A DNA stretch of 64,000 nucleotides from an uncultured Acidobacteriota bacterium (GTDB taxonomy: Bacteria > Acidobacteriota > Thermoanaerobaculia > UBA5066 > Gp7-AA6), in NCBI GenBank assembly GCA_963824165.1, contig CAWGOM010000017.1:153278-217277 (forward strand), given 5' to 3'. Positions 21,804 to 32,207 of this stretch are shown piece after piece. The position numbers were made by a program, and so were the translations under genes. The notes under the pieces are model-generated. The model saw nothing but the letters and a program-made list of their open reading frames with translations. It was not told the origin of the DNA and ran no database searches. The stretch's first letter is position 1, and each line of letters begins with the position of its first letter.

Positions 21804-22484
21804 ATGAGACTGTCGCTGCCGGAGAAGTCCGCGCTCGTCGCCTCGTTCTGGAAGGACGCCCCGTCGGTCTGCCCGGCGCACGACGTGCCGATGCGGACCT
21901 TCTTCGTGGACCGCGTCTACAAGCCGCAGGTCGTCATGGTGTGTCCGCGCGGCAAGGAGATGCACCGCTTCGCCCAGAAGCCCAAGCAGATCGAGTTCTC
22001 GCGGCCGCACCTGAAGACGATGGTCCGCGACGCCCAGGAGCGGGAGTCGCCGACCTGCCCCCAGGACTTCACCGCCCTCTTCGTCTACCGGACCCCCGCC
22101 GTGTTCCTGCCGCAGGGCTGGGACTACAGCTTCGTCTGCCCGAGCTGCCTGTCCTTCGGTCAGTGGATCGAGACCGGCCGCGAGGAGGACGAGGTCGTGG
22201 CGGCGCCCAAGCCGAAGAAGGAGGCGCCGGCCTTTCACGACGAGACGATCCCGCTGCCGAAACGCATGGAGATGGCGAAGGACGGGAATCTCGCGCTCAA
22301 GCTCTATGCCGCGATGGCGCAGACCGACTGTACCGCCTGCGGGTACGACTGCGAGGGCTACGCGGCGGCGCTCGCCAACGGCAAGGAGAAGGACCCGAAC
22401 CTCTGCGTGCCCGGGAAGGAAGAGACGCTGAAAGCCGTCAAGGACCTTCTCAAGGGCACGGGCCTGCCCGCCGCCTCGGCCTAG
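21804..22484 (+). CDS. Cys-rich protein with C-terminal 4Fe-4S (RnfB/CysJ-type FeS) domain
   Basis: AMAQTDCTACGYDCEGYAAAL...LCVPG = CxxC-x3-C...C; two N-terminal CP...CP motifs; TATAAT 9 nt upstream. Confidence 0.7.
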   Translation: MRLSLPEKSALVASFWKDAPSVCPAHDVPMRTFFVDRVYKPQVVMVCPRGKEMHRFAQKPKQIEFSRPHLKTMVRDAQERESPTCPQDFTALFVYRTPAVFLPQGWDYSFVCPSCLSFGQWIETGREEDEVVAAPKPKKEAPAFHDETIPLPKRMEMAKDGNLALKLYAAMAQTDCTACGYDCEGYAAALANGKEKDPNLCVPGKEETLKAVKDLLKGTGLPAASA

Positions 22485-25159
22485 GAAGCCTCGCCCGCCG
22501 CGTTCGGCTTCTCGGGCACCTCGGACACGGCCGCCGCCGCCCCGGAGTCCGTCGCGCGCCGCTGCGCGCCCCGGATGGGCACCGCGAACGTGAACCGGCT
22601 CCCCTGGCCCACGACGCTCGAGGCCCAGATCGTCCCGCCGTGGAGCTCGACGAGCGAACGCGCGAGGGCGAGGCCGATGCCCATCCCCGCGTGCCCCCGC
22701 GTGGCCGAGCCGTCGACCTGCCGGAACCGCTCGAAGACGTGCGGCAGCTCGCTGTCCGGAATGCCTATGCCGTCGTCCTCGACGCTCACGAGGAACCGCT
22801 CGGGCTCCCGCTCCACCCGGACGACGACGCGGCCGTGCTGCGGCGTGAACTGGATCGCGTTGGCGAGCAGGTTCCAGAGGACCTGCTGGAGCCGCAGGGC
22901 GTCCGCGCGCACGGGGGCCATCGGCTCGGGCATCGGCGCGGCCATGAGCACGACCCCCCGGGCCTCGGCCATCATCCGGACCGTGTCGATCGAACGCTGG
23001 ACCACCTCGGACAGGAATACGGGCTTGAGGTCGAGCGTCAGCGCCCCCCGGTCCAGGCGGGCCAGGTCCAGGAGGTCGTCGATCAGGGCGAGCAGGACCC
23101 TGGCCGACTGGCGGATCTGCCGGACGCCTCGGCGGCGCGTCGGCTCGTCGAGATCCTGCTCTTCGAAGAGGTCGGTCCAACCCACGATCGCCGTCAGCGG
23201 CGTGCGGAGCTCGTGGTTCACGTTCTGCAGGAAGTGGTCCTTGAGGCGGCTCGCGCGGCGAAGCTCGTCGACGGTGCCCGCGAGCGCGGTGTACAGCCGG
23301 GCGTTGCGCAGCAGGAGCGACGCGAGGTCGGCGAACGACGTCACGGCGTCGATCTCCTCCTGGCCGAAGCCCCCCGCGCGGTTGAGGGCCACGGCGACGC
23401 CGAGGGTCTCCTCCTCGGTCTTCAGCGGCACGAAGACGCCGTTGGACGCGCCGACGACATGCCCGAGGTCCCGGCTGGCGTAAGGGTCACGCTCCGCGTC
23501 GTTGGTGCAGTAGGGCTCGCCGGTGCGAAAGACCATGCCCTCGATCGAACGCGCATCCACCGAGACCTTGAGGCGGGAGGCGACTTCTTCGGTGAGGTTG
23601 AAGGCCGGCACCGCCGCCTCCAGGCGATGGGTGTTGCGGTCGTAGAGGTAGAACCAGACGCGCTCGGCGTTGGTGAACGCCGCGATCGCCTGCGCCGAGC
23701 GCGCCAGCACCTCGTTGACGTCGGTCATCCGGTAGGCCGACCGCGAGAACTGGTGCAGCCGGCGCAGGGTCTCGACCCGCCGGGCGACCCGGTGGCTCAT
23801 CGTGTCGATGGCCGCGGCCAGGCGGCCGATTTCGTCGGTTTGGTCGCCGCCGCCGACCTCGACGGCGCGCCCCCGGCCGATGTCCTCGGCCGCGCCCACC
23901 AGCTTCGACACGGGAGCGGAGACGCGCCGCGAGACGATGCCGAGGACGACGAAGGCCGCCGGAAGCAGAAGGAGAAAGAGCACGAGGACGTCTCGCCGCA
24001 GCACCGAAAGCGACGCGGGCGGGAACGCGGCCGACGCCTCGCCCCGGATCGTGTCGAGGGATTCCTGCGACAGGCCCTCGTAGAAGATCCAGCCGGTCGA
24101 ACCGACCCGGGCCGACGCGATCCGCACCTTCCGACCGTCGACGAGGTACTCCTCGCTCGAGCGGGCCGCCCCGCGACCGCGGAGCGCCAGATCCTTCAAT
24201 TCCGGCGAGGGCGCCGACGACAGCGTCGCTCCCCCCGCGCCGCTCCAGCCGAGGACCGCGGCCGCGCGGGGGGTCATGTGGACCACGTGGCCGTCCGAGT
24301 CCGTCGCGAACCAGAAGTCACCGGGCGTCTGCCACGTCTCCATCGCCTCGGCGACGTACCGCCGGGCGTCGACTTCGATCGCGATGCCGGCGAGCAGACG
24401 CCCGGAGGCGTCCCGGACCGGGACGAAGAGGCTGGGAAAGCGCGGGTCGACCCCCTCGGTCGAGGGCGCGGCGTGCGCCTCGGACCAGACGGCCCGCTCG
24501 CCCGCGGCCGGCGGGGCCTCCGGAAAACGGGCGACCCGGTTGAAGACGAAGCGCTCGAGCTCCCCCCCGGACTTCTGGTTGGCGCGATGGAAGTCGACCC
24601 ACGGGGACATGCGCACGACGCCCGAGGCCGTCCACAGGCTCACCGAGCGGACGGTCGGCCGCCTCCGGCGCAGTTCCTCCATCAGCGGCGCGAGCGGTCG
24701 CGTGCGCTCGAGATCCCGCCGGGCGAGCTCCGCGTCCGGGCTGCGCGAGGAGACGAACGCCATCGACTCCTCCTCCGGGATCGCGGTCCAGACGTGGCCG
24801 TGGACGTCGGGCCCCGGGGCACCGGACGCGCCCGCGCTCGATATGCCCCCGACCAGGGCCTCCCGGGCCGCCGCGGCGAGACCCCAGCCCGCCTCCTCGG
24901 CGGCCCGGGCCCTTCGCTCGATCCATTCGCCCCGGAAGGTCGCGTCCTGGGACATCCGGATCGAGGCCTCGGTGACCCGGACGGCCGCCACCTGCTCCCC
25001 GGAGACCGTCTGCAGGGCCGAGAGCTGCCGCTGGACCAGGAACACGAAGACGCTCGCCGGCAGCAGGAACGCGGCGAAGGACGCCAGCAGGAGCCGGGCC
25101 GCCAGGCTCGTCCGCGGGTCGAAGCGCCTCCAGAGACGCTCGAAGGGAAGAGGCTTCAC
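22481..25159 (-). CDS. Membrane sensor histidine kinase (periplasmic Cache-like, HAMP, GAF, HisKA, HATPase)
   Basis: NVNHELRTPL, NLLANAIQF, VEDDGIGI, FERFRQVD, GMGIGLAL; two TM segments. Confidence 0.92.
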   Translation of the reverse strand: MKPLPFERLWRRFDPRTSLAARLLLASFAAFLLPASVFVFLVQRQLSALQTVSGEQVAAVRVTEASIRMSQDATFRGEWIERRARAAEEAGWGLAAAAREALVGGISSAGASGAPGPDVHGHVWTAIPEEESMAFVSSRSPDAELARRDLERTRPLAPLMEELRRRRPTVRSVSLWTASGVVRMSPWVDFHRANQKSGGELERFVFNRVARFPEAPPAAGERAVWSEAHAAPSTEGVDPRFPSLFVPVRDASGRLLAGIAIEVDARRYVAEAMETWQTPGDFWFATDSDGHVVHMTPRAAAVLGWSGAGGATLSSAPSPELKDLALRGRGAARSSEEYLVDGRKVRIASARVGSTGWIFYEGLSQESLDTIRGEASAAFPPASLSVLRRDVLVLFLLLLPAAFVVLGIVSRRVSAPVSKLVGAAEDIGRGRAVEVGGGDQTDEIGRLAAAIDTMSHRVARRVETLRRLHQFSRSAYRMTDVNEVLARSAQAIAAFTNAERVWFYLYDRNTHRLEAAVPAFNLTEEVASRLKVSVDARSIEGMVFRTGEPYCTNDAERDPYASRDLGHVVGASNGVFVPLKTEEETLGVAVALNRAGGFGQEEIDAVTSFADLASLLLRNARLYTALAGTVDELRRASRLKDHFLQNVNHELRTPLTAIVGWTDLFEEQDLDEPTRRRGVRQIRQSARVLLALIDDLLDLARLDRGALTLDLKPVFLSEVVQRSIDTVRMMAEARGVVLMAAPMPEPMAPVRADALRLQQVLWNLLANAIQFTPQHGRVVVRVEREPERFLVSVEDDGIGIPDSELPHVFERFRQVDGSATRGHAGMGIGLALARSLVELHGGTIWASSVVGQGSRFTFAVPIRGAQRRATDSGAAAAVSEVPEKPNAAGEAS

Positions 25160-25183
25160 TGAGGAATTGTAGCGCCGAGGATC

Positions 25184-25261
25184 GGTAGGCAGTAAGCGGT
25201 ATGCAGTCAGCCGGGCCGGGGCAGCCGACGCGCTTACCGCCGACTGCTTACTGCTTACTGG

Positions 25262-25265
<4 letters not shown>
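25184..25265. repeat. Heptamer-repeat palindrome, copy 1 (AGTAAGC-type arm / GCTTACT-type arm)
   Basis: GGTAGGC AGTAAGC GGTATGC AGTCAGC ... GCTTACC GCCGACT GCTTACT GCTTACT. Confidence 0.7.
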
Positions 25266-26479
<1,214 letters not shown>

Positions 26480-26489
26480 CGCGCCCCCC

Positions 26490-27215
26490 TCAGTGCCCCG
26501 GCCGCGCCAGGCGGCGCTCCGTCACGGGGCGGTCCTCGACGACGCGCCCGTCGCGGAACAGGATGATGCGCCGCGCGTACGCGGCGATGTCCGCCTCGTG
26601 CGTGATGACCACCACCGTCTTGCCGTCGTCGTTCAACTTCTGGAAGACGCCCATCACTTCCTCCGAGGTCTTCGTGTCCAGATTGCCCGTGGGCTCGTCG
26701 GCGAGCATCAGCTTCGGGTCGTTGATGAGGGCCCGCGCGATCGCCACCCGCTGCTGCTGTCCGCCGGAGAGCTGACTCGGGCGATGGTCCTCGCGTCCCG
26801 CCAGCCCGACGGCCGCCAGGCAGCGGCGCGCCCGCGCCTCGCGCTCCTTCGCGGCGAGCCCGCCGGTCGAGTAGATGAGCGGCAGCTCGACGTTGTCGAG
26901 GGCCGAGGTCCGCGGCAGCAGGTTGAAGGACTGGAAGACGAACCCGATCTTGCCGTTGCGGATCTCGGCGCGCTCGTCCCGGTCGAGGCCCGAGACGTCG
27001 ACGCCGTCGAGCCGGTATCGGCCCGACGTGGGGCGGTCGAGACAGCCGACGATGTTCATGAAGGTGCTCTTGCCCGAACCCGACGGGCCCATCACCGCCA
27101 CGAACTCGCCGGCCCCGATCGAGAGCGTGACGCCGTCGAGCGCCCGCACTTCCATCTCCCCCATCGGATAGACGCGGACGAGGTCCTCGGTGCGGATGAC
27201 CTCGATCGGCGCCAA
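26490..27215 (-). CDS. MacB/YknY-family ABC ATP-binding protein
   Basis: [33 protein letters not shown]. Confidence 0.93.
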   Translation of the reverse strand: MAPIEVIRTEDLVRVYPMGEMEVRALDGVTLSIGAGEFVAVMGPSGSGKSTFMNIVGCLDRPTSGRYRLDGVDVSGLDRDERAEIRNGKIGFVFQSFNLLPRTSALDNVELPLIYSTGGLAAKEREARARRCLAAVGLAGREDHRPSQLSGGQQQRVAIARALINDPKLMLADEPTGNLDTKTSEEVMGVFQKLNDDGKTVVVITHEADIAAYARRIILFRDGRVVEDRPVTERRLARPGH

Positions 27216-27216
27216 C

Positions 27217-28467
27217 TCAGAATCTCCGGCCGCCGCCCGGCCCTCCCGAAGCGCCCATCGGGCTGCGGGCGGCGTCGGCCTTCGCCGTGGCGAGGCCCAC
27301 GATCACCGTCTGCCCCTCTTTCAGCTCCCCGGAGGCGACCTCGGTGTAGCGCCCGTCGGTGATCCCGGCGCGAATCTCGACCGGCTGCGGCCGGGCGGCC
27401 TCGCCCGAACCGAGCGTGTAGACCGTCTGCCCCGGCCTCCGGGGCTTTGCGCCCGCGGCCGAGCGGTCGAACTGCCGGGCCGCGCCCGCCGGCCCCGTGC
27501 CCGCTCCGCGGGCCGCCCGCTCTTCGACCGTGTCTCCGGCCGCCGACGGCGACGCCGCCTCCTCCGGCTTGAAGCGCAGCGCCGCGTTGGGCACCCGGAG
27601 CACGTCGCGCGTCGTCGCCACGTCGATCGACACGTTGGCGGTCATGCTCGGGCGCAGCGCCAGGTCCGGATTGTCCACCTCGATGATCACGGGATACGTG
27701 ACGACGTTCTGGTTGACGGTGGCGTTCAGGCGGATCTGGGCGATCTTGCCCCGAAACGTCTCCTCCGGGTAGGCGTCCACCGTGAACGATACCGGCTGCC
27801 CGACCTTGCACATCCCGATGTCCGACTCCGAGACGTCGGCGGAGACCTGCATCTTGGTCAGGTCCTGGGCGATCGTGAAGATCGTCGGCGCCGTGAACGA
27901 CGCCGCCACCGGCTGCCCGACGTCGTACTGGCGGTCCACGACGACGCCGTCGATCGGAGCCGTGATCCGGCTGTTGCGCAGGTCGGTCTCGGCCTGCGCG
28001 AGCGACGCCTTCGCCTGGTTCACGGCCGCCGCGGCCGAGTCGAAGTTCGCCTGCGCCTGATCGAGGTCCGCCTCCGCGGCGAGCTTCTCGTTCCAGAGCG
28101 CCTTCTGGCGGCGCAGCGAGATCTCCGCATTGCGCTCGTCGACCTTCGCCTTCTCGAGGGCGGCGCGGACCTGGGCGAGACGGTCCTGGAAGGGGGCCGG
28201 ATCGAGCTCGGCGAGAAGGTCGCCCTTGCGGACCTGCTTGTTGAAGTCGGCATGAAGCGCGGCGACGTTGCCGGAGACGACGCTGCCGACCTTGACCGTG
28301 ATGACGGCCGAGAGGGCCCCCGTCGCGGCGACCTTCTGGATGATGTCGCCGCGCTCGACCTTCGCCGTCCGGTATTTCGCTTCCGCCTTGCCCCGGCCCC
28401 CCAGCAGAAGGAACGTGGCCGCGGCGACCGCCAGCGCGGCCGCGGACCACAGCAACCACTTTCTCAT
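27217..28467 (-). CDS. Periplasmic adaptor (MacA/YknX-type membrane fusion protein)
   Basis: N-terminal TM, biotinyl-like [27 protein letters not shown]. Confidence 0.9.
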   Translation of the reverse strand: MRKWLLWSAAALAVAAATFLLLGGRGKAEAKYRTAKVERGDIIQKVAATGALSAVITVKVGSVVSGNVAALHADFNKQVRKGDLLAELDPAPFQDRLAQVRAALEKAKVDERNAEISLRRQKALWNEKLAAEADLDQAQANFDSAAAAVNQAKASLAQAETDLRNSRITAPIDGVVVDRQYDVGQPVAASFTAPTIFTIAQDLTKMQVSADVSESDIGMCKVGQPVSFTVDAYPEETFRGKIAQIRLNATVNQNVVTYPVIIEVDNPDLALRPSMTANVSIDVATTRDVLRVPNAALRFKPEEAASPSAAGDTVEERAARGAGTGPAGAARQFDRSAAGAKPRRPGQTVYTLGSGEAARPQPVEIRAGITDGRYTEVASGELKEGQTVIVGLATAKADAARSPMGASGGPGGGRRF

Positions 28468-28535
28468 TTCGCTCCCTTAAACCTCCAGCGCCCGGGCCGT
28501 CTTCCCCCGCGGGCTGCGAGGTTACATCGGCCCCC

Positions 28536-28560
28536 AAAGGAAAAGGGCCCGCGAGGGCCC
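28536..28560 (-). terminator. Rho-independent terminator after trxA
   Basis: Minus strand GGGCCC-TCGC-GGGCCC followed by TTTTCCTTT. Confidence 0.7.
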
Positions 28561-28590
28561 CCTTCGGGTGCGAGGGATCGGTCCCGCCCC

Positions 28591-28920
28591 TTACAGGTTG
28601 CGGTCGATCAGCTTGATGAACTCGCTCTTCGGGATCGCGCCGAGGGCGCGGTCGGCGACCTGGCCGTTCTTGAACAGGATGAAGGTCGGGATCGACGTGA
28701 TCTGGTAGCGCATGGCGACCTCCGTCGACTCGTCGACGTTGATCTTGGCCACCTTGATCTTTCCGGCGTACTGGGTCGCCAGGTCGTCCACGATCGGAGC
28801 GACGGAACGGCAGGGACCGCACCACGGCGCCCAGAAATCCACCAGAACGGGCACTTGGCTCTTCAGGATGTCTCCGTCGAAGCTCGCGTCGGAGACCTGG
28901 GATACGTTGGGATTCGACAT
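28591..28920 (-). CDS. trxA: Thioredoxin
   Basis: VLVDFWAPWCGPCR, ITSIPT; SD AAGGAG. Confidence 0.96.
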   Translation of the reverse strand: MSNPNVSQVSDASFDGDILKSQVPVLVDFWAPWCGPCRSVAPIVDDLATQYAGKIKVAKINVDESTEVAMRYQITSIPTFILFKNGQVADRALGAIPKSEFIKLIDRNL

Positions 28921-29010
28921 CGGCAAGAACTCCTTCGGGCAGAAGTATGCGGCCCGGCCGCAATCGGATTCAGGCCGGCCAGTCTACCAGAGCGCAACCC
29001 CGCCCCGTCC

Positions 29011-29673
29011 TCAGTGCAGGTGCGCGTGGACGCGTCCCCGGACGTGCACGAGGCCCTCCCGCAGGAACCACGGGACCATCAGGAGCGAAAGAGCCGGATC
29101 GACCCAGTGCGGCGCGGCGAGGAGCCCGCCGATCATCGCCAGCATCGTCAGGCCCGAGTCGATCGAGCAGGCGATCGACTCCTTCGCCTCCGCGGCCAGC
29201 CCCTTGCTTCCGAGGCTGCGGCTCGTCTTCCACTTGTAATAACCCACGACCGGCATGCCGAACGTGGCGAAGATGGTCAGCAGCAGGCCGAGCACGCTCG
29301 GCTCGACGTGATTGCCCGCGACGAGCTCCCAGACTCCGCGGGTCAGCGTGTAGGCCGCGAGGCCCAGGAACGAGACGCCGATCCAGCGCGCGAGCATCTG
29401 GTCGCGGCGCGCGTGGTCCTCCTCCTCGTCGGCCAGGTGGCGCAGGTGCCGCACGGCGAGGAAGGCCGCCCCCCCCTCGATGACGCTCTCGATCCCGAAG
29501 GCGAGCAGCGCCAGGCTTCCCGTTCGGGCCGCCTCGAACAGGGCCAGCCCGCCTTCGCCGAAGACGTGAACGAAGGTCAGGCCGAGGAGCCAGCGCATGC
29601 GCCGGCTCAGGGCCTCCGAGCCGGCCGGTCCGGCGGACCCGGGCACGGCGAGGGCGTGGGGATCGGAGCTCAC
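29011..29673 (-). CDS. Cation diffusion facilitator-like exporter (TMEM163-like, no C-terminal cytosolic domain)
   Basis: GSLALLAFGIESVIE, AEAKESIAC, WVDP; six TM segments; His-rich tail HVRGRVHAHLH. Confidence 0.75.
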   Translation of the reverse strand: MSSDPHALAVPGSAGPAGSEALSRRMRWLLGLTFVHVFGEGGLALFEAARTGSLALLAFGIESVIEGGAAFLAVRHLRHLADEEEDHARRDQMLARWIGVSFLGLAAYTLTRGVWELVAGNHVEPSVLGLLLTIFATFGMPVVGYYKWKTSRSLGSKGLAAEAKESIACSIDSGLTMLAMIGGLLAAPHWVDPALSLLMVPWFLREGLVHVRGRVHAHLH

Positions 29674-29743
29674 GCGGGCATTCTACGCAGCGGCGGGGGC
29701 CCCGGCGGAATACAATGGGCGCGCGCCCGCTTGGGTAGCTCGA

Positions 29744-30076
29744 ATGCTGCGTCGAATGAGGCTCGCGCCCGCCGTGCGGGCCGCCCTGCTGGCGGCCGGG
29801 GCCCTGGCCCTGCTCGCCGCCTTCGGCCTCCACCCCGAGGGCATCGGCGCCGGCGGCTTCGCCTCGCACCGCGGGATGTCGAGCGCTCACCTGGACGAAG
29901 CGCCCCACGCTTGCCCCGCCTGCCTCACGCACACCGCGGCCCTCGCCTCGCCCCCCGTCGATCCCCTGGCCGCCGACCTCGCCGGAACGCGCGCCGCGTG
30001 GCAGCCCGGGAACTCCGGTGCGTCCCGGTGCGCGGTCCTCGACCTCGCCGGCCGCTCCCCTCCCGTCCACGCGTAG
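29744..30076 (+). CDS. DUF2946-like leader protein (signal/TM segment, HACPAC, C-terminal GRSPP); putative metal-responsive arrest peptide
   Basis: ATG 29744 or 29756; hydrophobic N-terminus; HACPACLTH; RSPP three residues before the stop; TACAAT at 29711-29716. Confidence 0.7.
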   Translation: MLRRMRLAPAVRAALLAAGALALLAAFGLHPEGIGAGGFASHRGMSSAHLDEAPHACPACLTHTAALASPPVDPLAADLAGTRAAWQPGNSGASRCAVLDLAGRSPPVHA

Positions 30077-30125
30077 AGCCCGCGGCCGCATTCCGCGGCC
30101 CCGGTTCCGCGCGCTGACAGGGAGG
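30059..30125 (+). promoter_or_regulatory. SD-sequestering hairpin (translational attenuator)
   Basis: CCTCCC (30059-30064, Pro-Pro codons) pairs with GGGAGG (30120-30125, SD); inner GTC/GAC, CGCG/CGCG, GAGCC/GGTTC and GGCCGC-ATTCC-GCGGCC pairs. Confidence 0.6.
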
Positions 30126-30129
30126 AAAC

Positions 30130-31275
30130 TTGAGAGTCCCAACAGTTCTGGTTTTCGTCACGGCGTTTCTCGCCGGCGGCGCGGCACGGGCGCAGGAAAC
30201 GCCGCCTCCGCCGCCGACACCGACACCGACGGAGGCGCCGGCCTCCGAGCCGACGCCCGTACCCGGGCCCGCCCCGGCCCCCGCGGCGGCCCCGGCCGTC
30301 AATCCGACGTTCTTCAACCCCGCGATCGCCGTCATCGGCAACTTCCTCGTTTCCGCCGGCCGCAATCCCGTCCAGCCGTCGCCGACGTTCCAGGTCCGCG
30401 AGTCGGAGATCTCGCTCCAGGCCGTCGTGGACCCCTACGCCCGCGGCGACTTCTTCCTGTCCTTCAGCAACGAGGGCGTGGAGATCGAAGAGGCTTTCGT
30501 CACGTTCCTGAGCCTGCCCTGGCAGACGCAGGCCAAGGGCGGAAAGTTCAAGATGCAGTTCGGCAAGATCAACACCCTGCATCTCCACATGCTGCCGTGG
30601 GTCGACGAGCCGCTGCCGATCGACAACATCCTGCTGTCCCCGGACACGTGGGCCGGCGAGGGCATCTCCGCGTCGAAGGTGATTGCGCTTCCGGGCGACA
30701 CGTTCTCGGAGTTCTACTTCCAGGTCATCGACGGGACGTCCGGCGAAGGGCTCTTCGTGGCGCCCCAGAAGAGCGACCTGACCTACAACGGCCAGTACCG
30801 CGCCTACCGCGACTTCGGCGACGACCACAACGTCGAGCTCGGGTTCAGCTATGCCTACGGGCACAACGGGACGTCGGAGACGAACACCACCCAGCTCGAG
30901 AACGTGCACTTCGTCTATCGCTGGAAGCCGCTGCAGGGGCAGCCGTACCGGTCCTTCATCCTGCGGAGCGAGTACTTCTGGAGCCAGCGCGAACAGCCCG
31001 ACGGGAGACAGGACGCCCAGGGCTTCTTCGTCGCCGGCGACTACCAGCTCGGACGCCGGTGGTTCACGGGAGCGCGCTACGAATTCGCCGACCGGGCGAC
31101 CGACGCCACCCTTCGCGACAACGGCGTCGCCGCCACCCTCACGTTCATGCCGAGCGAGTTCTCGATGCTGCGCGCCGAGTACCGCTACCGCGAGTACGCC
31201 CCGGGGATCAAGGCCAACGAGGCCTTCCTCCAGATCCAGTTCGCCATCGGCGCCCACGGCGCCCATCCATTTTGA
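30130..31275 (+). CDS. Putative outer-membrane beta-barrel for metal uptake
   Basis: Signal peptide, Pro/Thr-rich linker, alternating beta-strand pattern, HLHMLPW, C-terminal QIQFAIGAHGAHPF; upstream of a Zn/Mn binding protein. Confidence 0.7.
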   Translation: MRVPTVLVFVTAFLAGGAARAQETPPPPPTPTPTEAPASEPTPVPGPAPAPAAAPAVNPTFFNPAIAVIGNFLVSAGRNPVQPSPTFQVRESEISLQAVVDPYARGDFFLSFSNEGVEIEEAFVTFLSLPWQTQAKGGKFKMQFGKINTLHLHMLPWVDEPLPIDNILLSPDTWAGEGISASKVIALPGDTFSEFYFQVIDGTSGEGLFVAPQKSDLTYNGQYRAYRDFGDDHNVELGFSYAYGHNGTSETNTTQLENVHFVYRWKPLQGQPYRSFILRSEYFWSQREQPDGRQDAQGFFVAGDYQLGRRWFTGARYEFADRATDATLRDNGVAATLTFMPSEFSMLRAEYRYREYAPGIKANEAFLQIQFAIGAHGAHPF

Positions 31276-31283
31276 GGTCGCAA

Positions 31284-32207
31284 ATGAAGCGCATCGCAAC
31301 GGCCCTCGTTTCGCTCCTCCTGACGGCATCGCCGGCTCTCGCGGCGGTGCAGATCGTCACGAGCCTCCAGGATCTGGCCTCGATCGCAAGCGCCGTCGGC
31401 GGCAAACGGGTCGAGGCCTTCGCCCTCGCGAAGGGATATCAGGATCCCCACTTCGTGGAGCCCAAGCCCTCGTTCATCCTGAAGCTCTCGCGGGCCGATC
31501 TGCTCATCGTCGCCGGGCTCGAGCTCGAGATCGGCTACCTGCCGCCCCTGATCGACCAGAGCCGCAACGAGAAGATCCGCCCGGGCGGGCCCGGTTACCT
31601 CGACGCCTCCGCCGGCTGCGACATCCTCGAACGCCCCACCGGGGTCGTGACCCGGGCCATGGGCGACGTCCACCCCTTCGGCAACCCGCACTACTGGCTC
31701 GACCCGGAGAACGGCCGCGTCATCGCGCGGTCGATCGCGGCGCGCCTTTCGAAGCTCGATCCGGCCGGCGCGGCCGACTACGCGGCGAACCTCGCCGCCT
31801 TCGAGACGAAGCTGACGGAGGGCCAGAAGCGCTGGGAGGCGGCGCTCGGGCCCTACGCCGGAACGGAGGTCGTCACCTACCACAACTCCTGGCCGAACTT
31901 CCTGAAGCGCTTCAAGCTCGTCGCGGCCGGGTACGTCGAGCCCAAGCCGGGCGTGCCGCCCTCGCCGGCGCACACGGTCGAGCTCATCGACATGATGCGG
32001 GCGAAGAAGATCCCGGTCATCCTGATGGAGCCGTACTTCGACCGGAAGACCTCCGCCCAGATCGCCGAGAAGACGGGGGCGGCGCTCCTCGTCTTCATTC
32101 CGTCGGTGGGCGGCGTCCCCGAGGCGAAGGACTACTTCGGCCTCTTCGACTACGACGTCAAGTTGCTGGCCGATGCCCTGGCGGCGAAGAAGGGAGGCCC
32201 CCGTTGA
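31284..32207 (+). CDS. Zn/Mn ABC substrate-binding protein (ZnuA/TroA family)
   Basis: QDPHFVEPKPS, GLELEIGYL, DVHPFGNPHYWLDP, TYHNSW, EPKPGVPPSPAH. Confidence 0.92.
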   Translation: MKRIATALVSLLLTASPALAAVQIVTSLQDLASIASAVGGKRVEAFALAKGYQDPHFVEPKPSFILKLSRADLLIVAGLELEIGYLPPLIDQSRNEKIRPGGPGYLDASAGCDILERPTGVVTRAMGDVHPFGNPHYWLDPENGRVIARSIAARLSKLDPAGAADYAANLAAFETKLTEGQKRWEAALGPYAGTEVVTYHNSWPNFLKRFKLVAAGYVEPKPGVPPSPAHTVELIDMMRAKKIPVILMEPYFDRKTSAQIAEKTGAALLVFIPSVGGVPEAKDYFGLFDYDVKLLADALAAKKGGPR

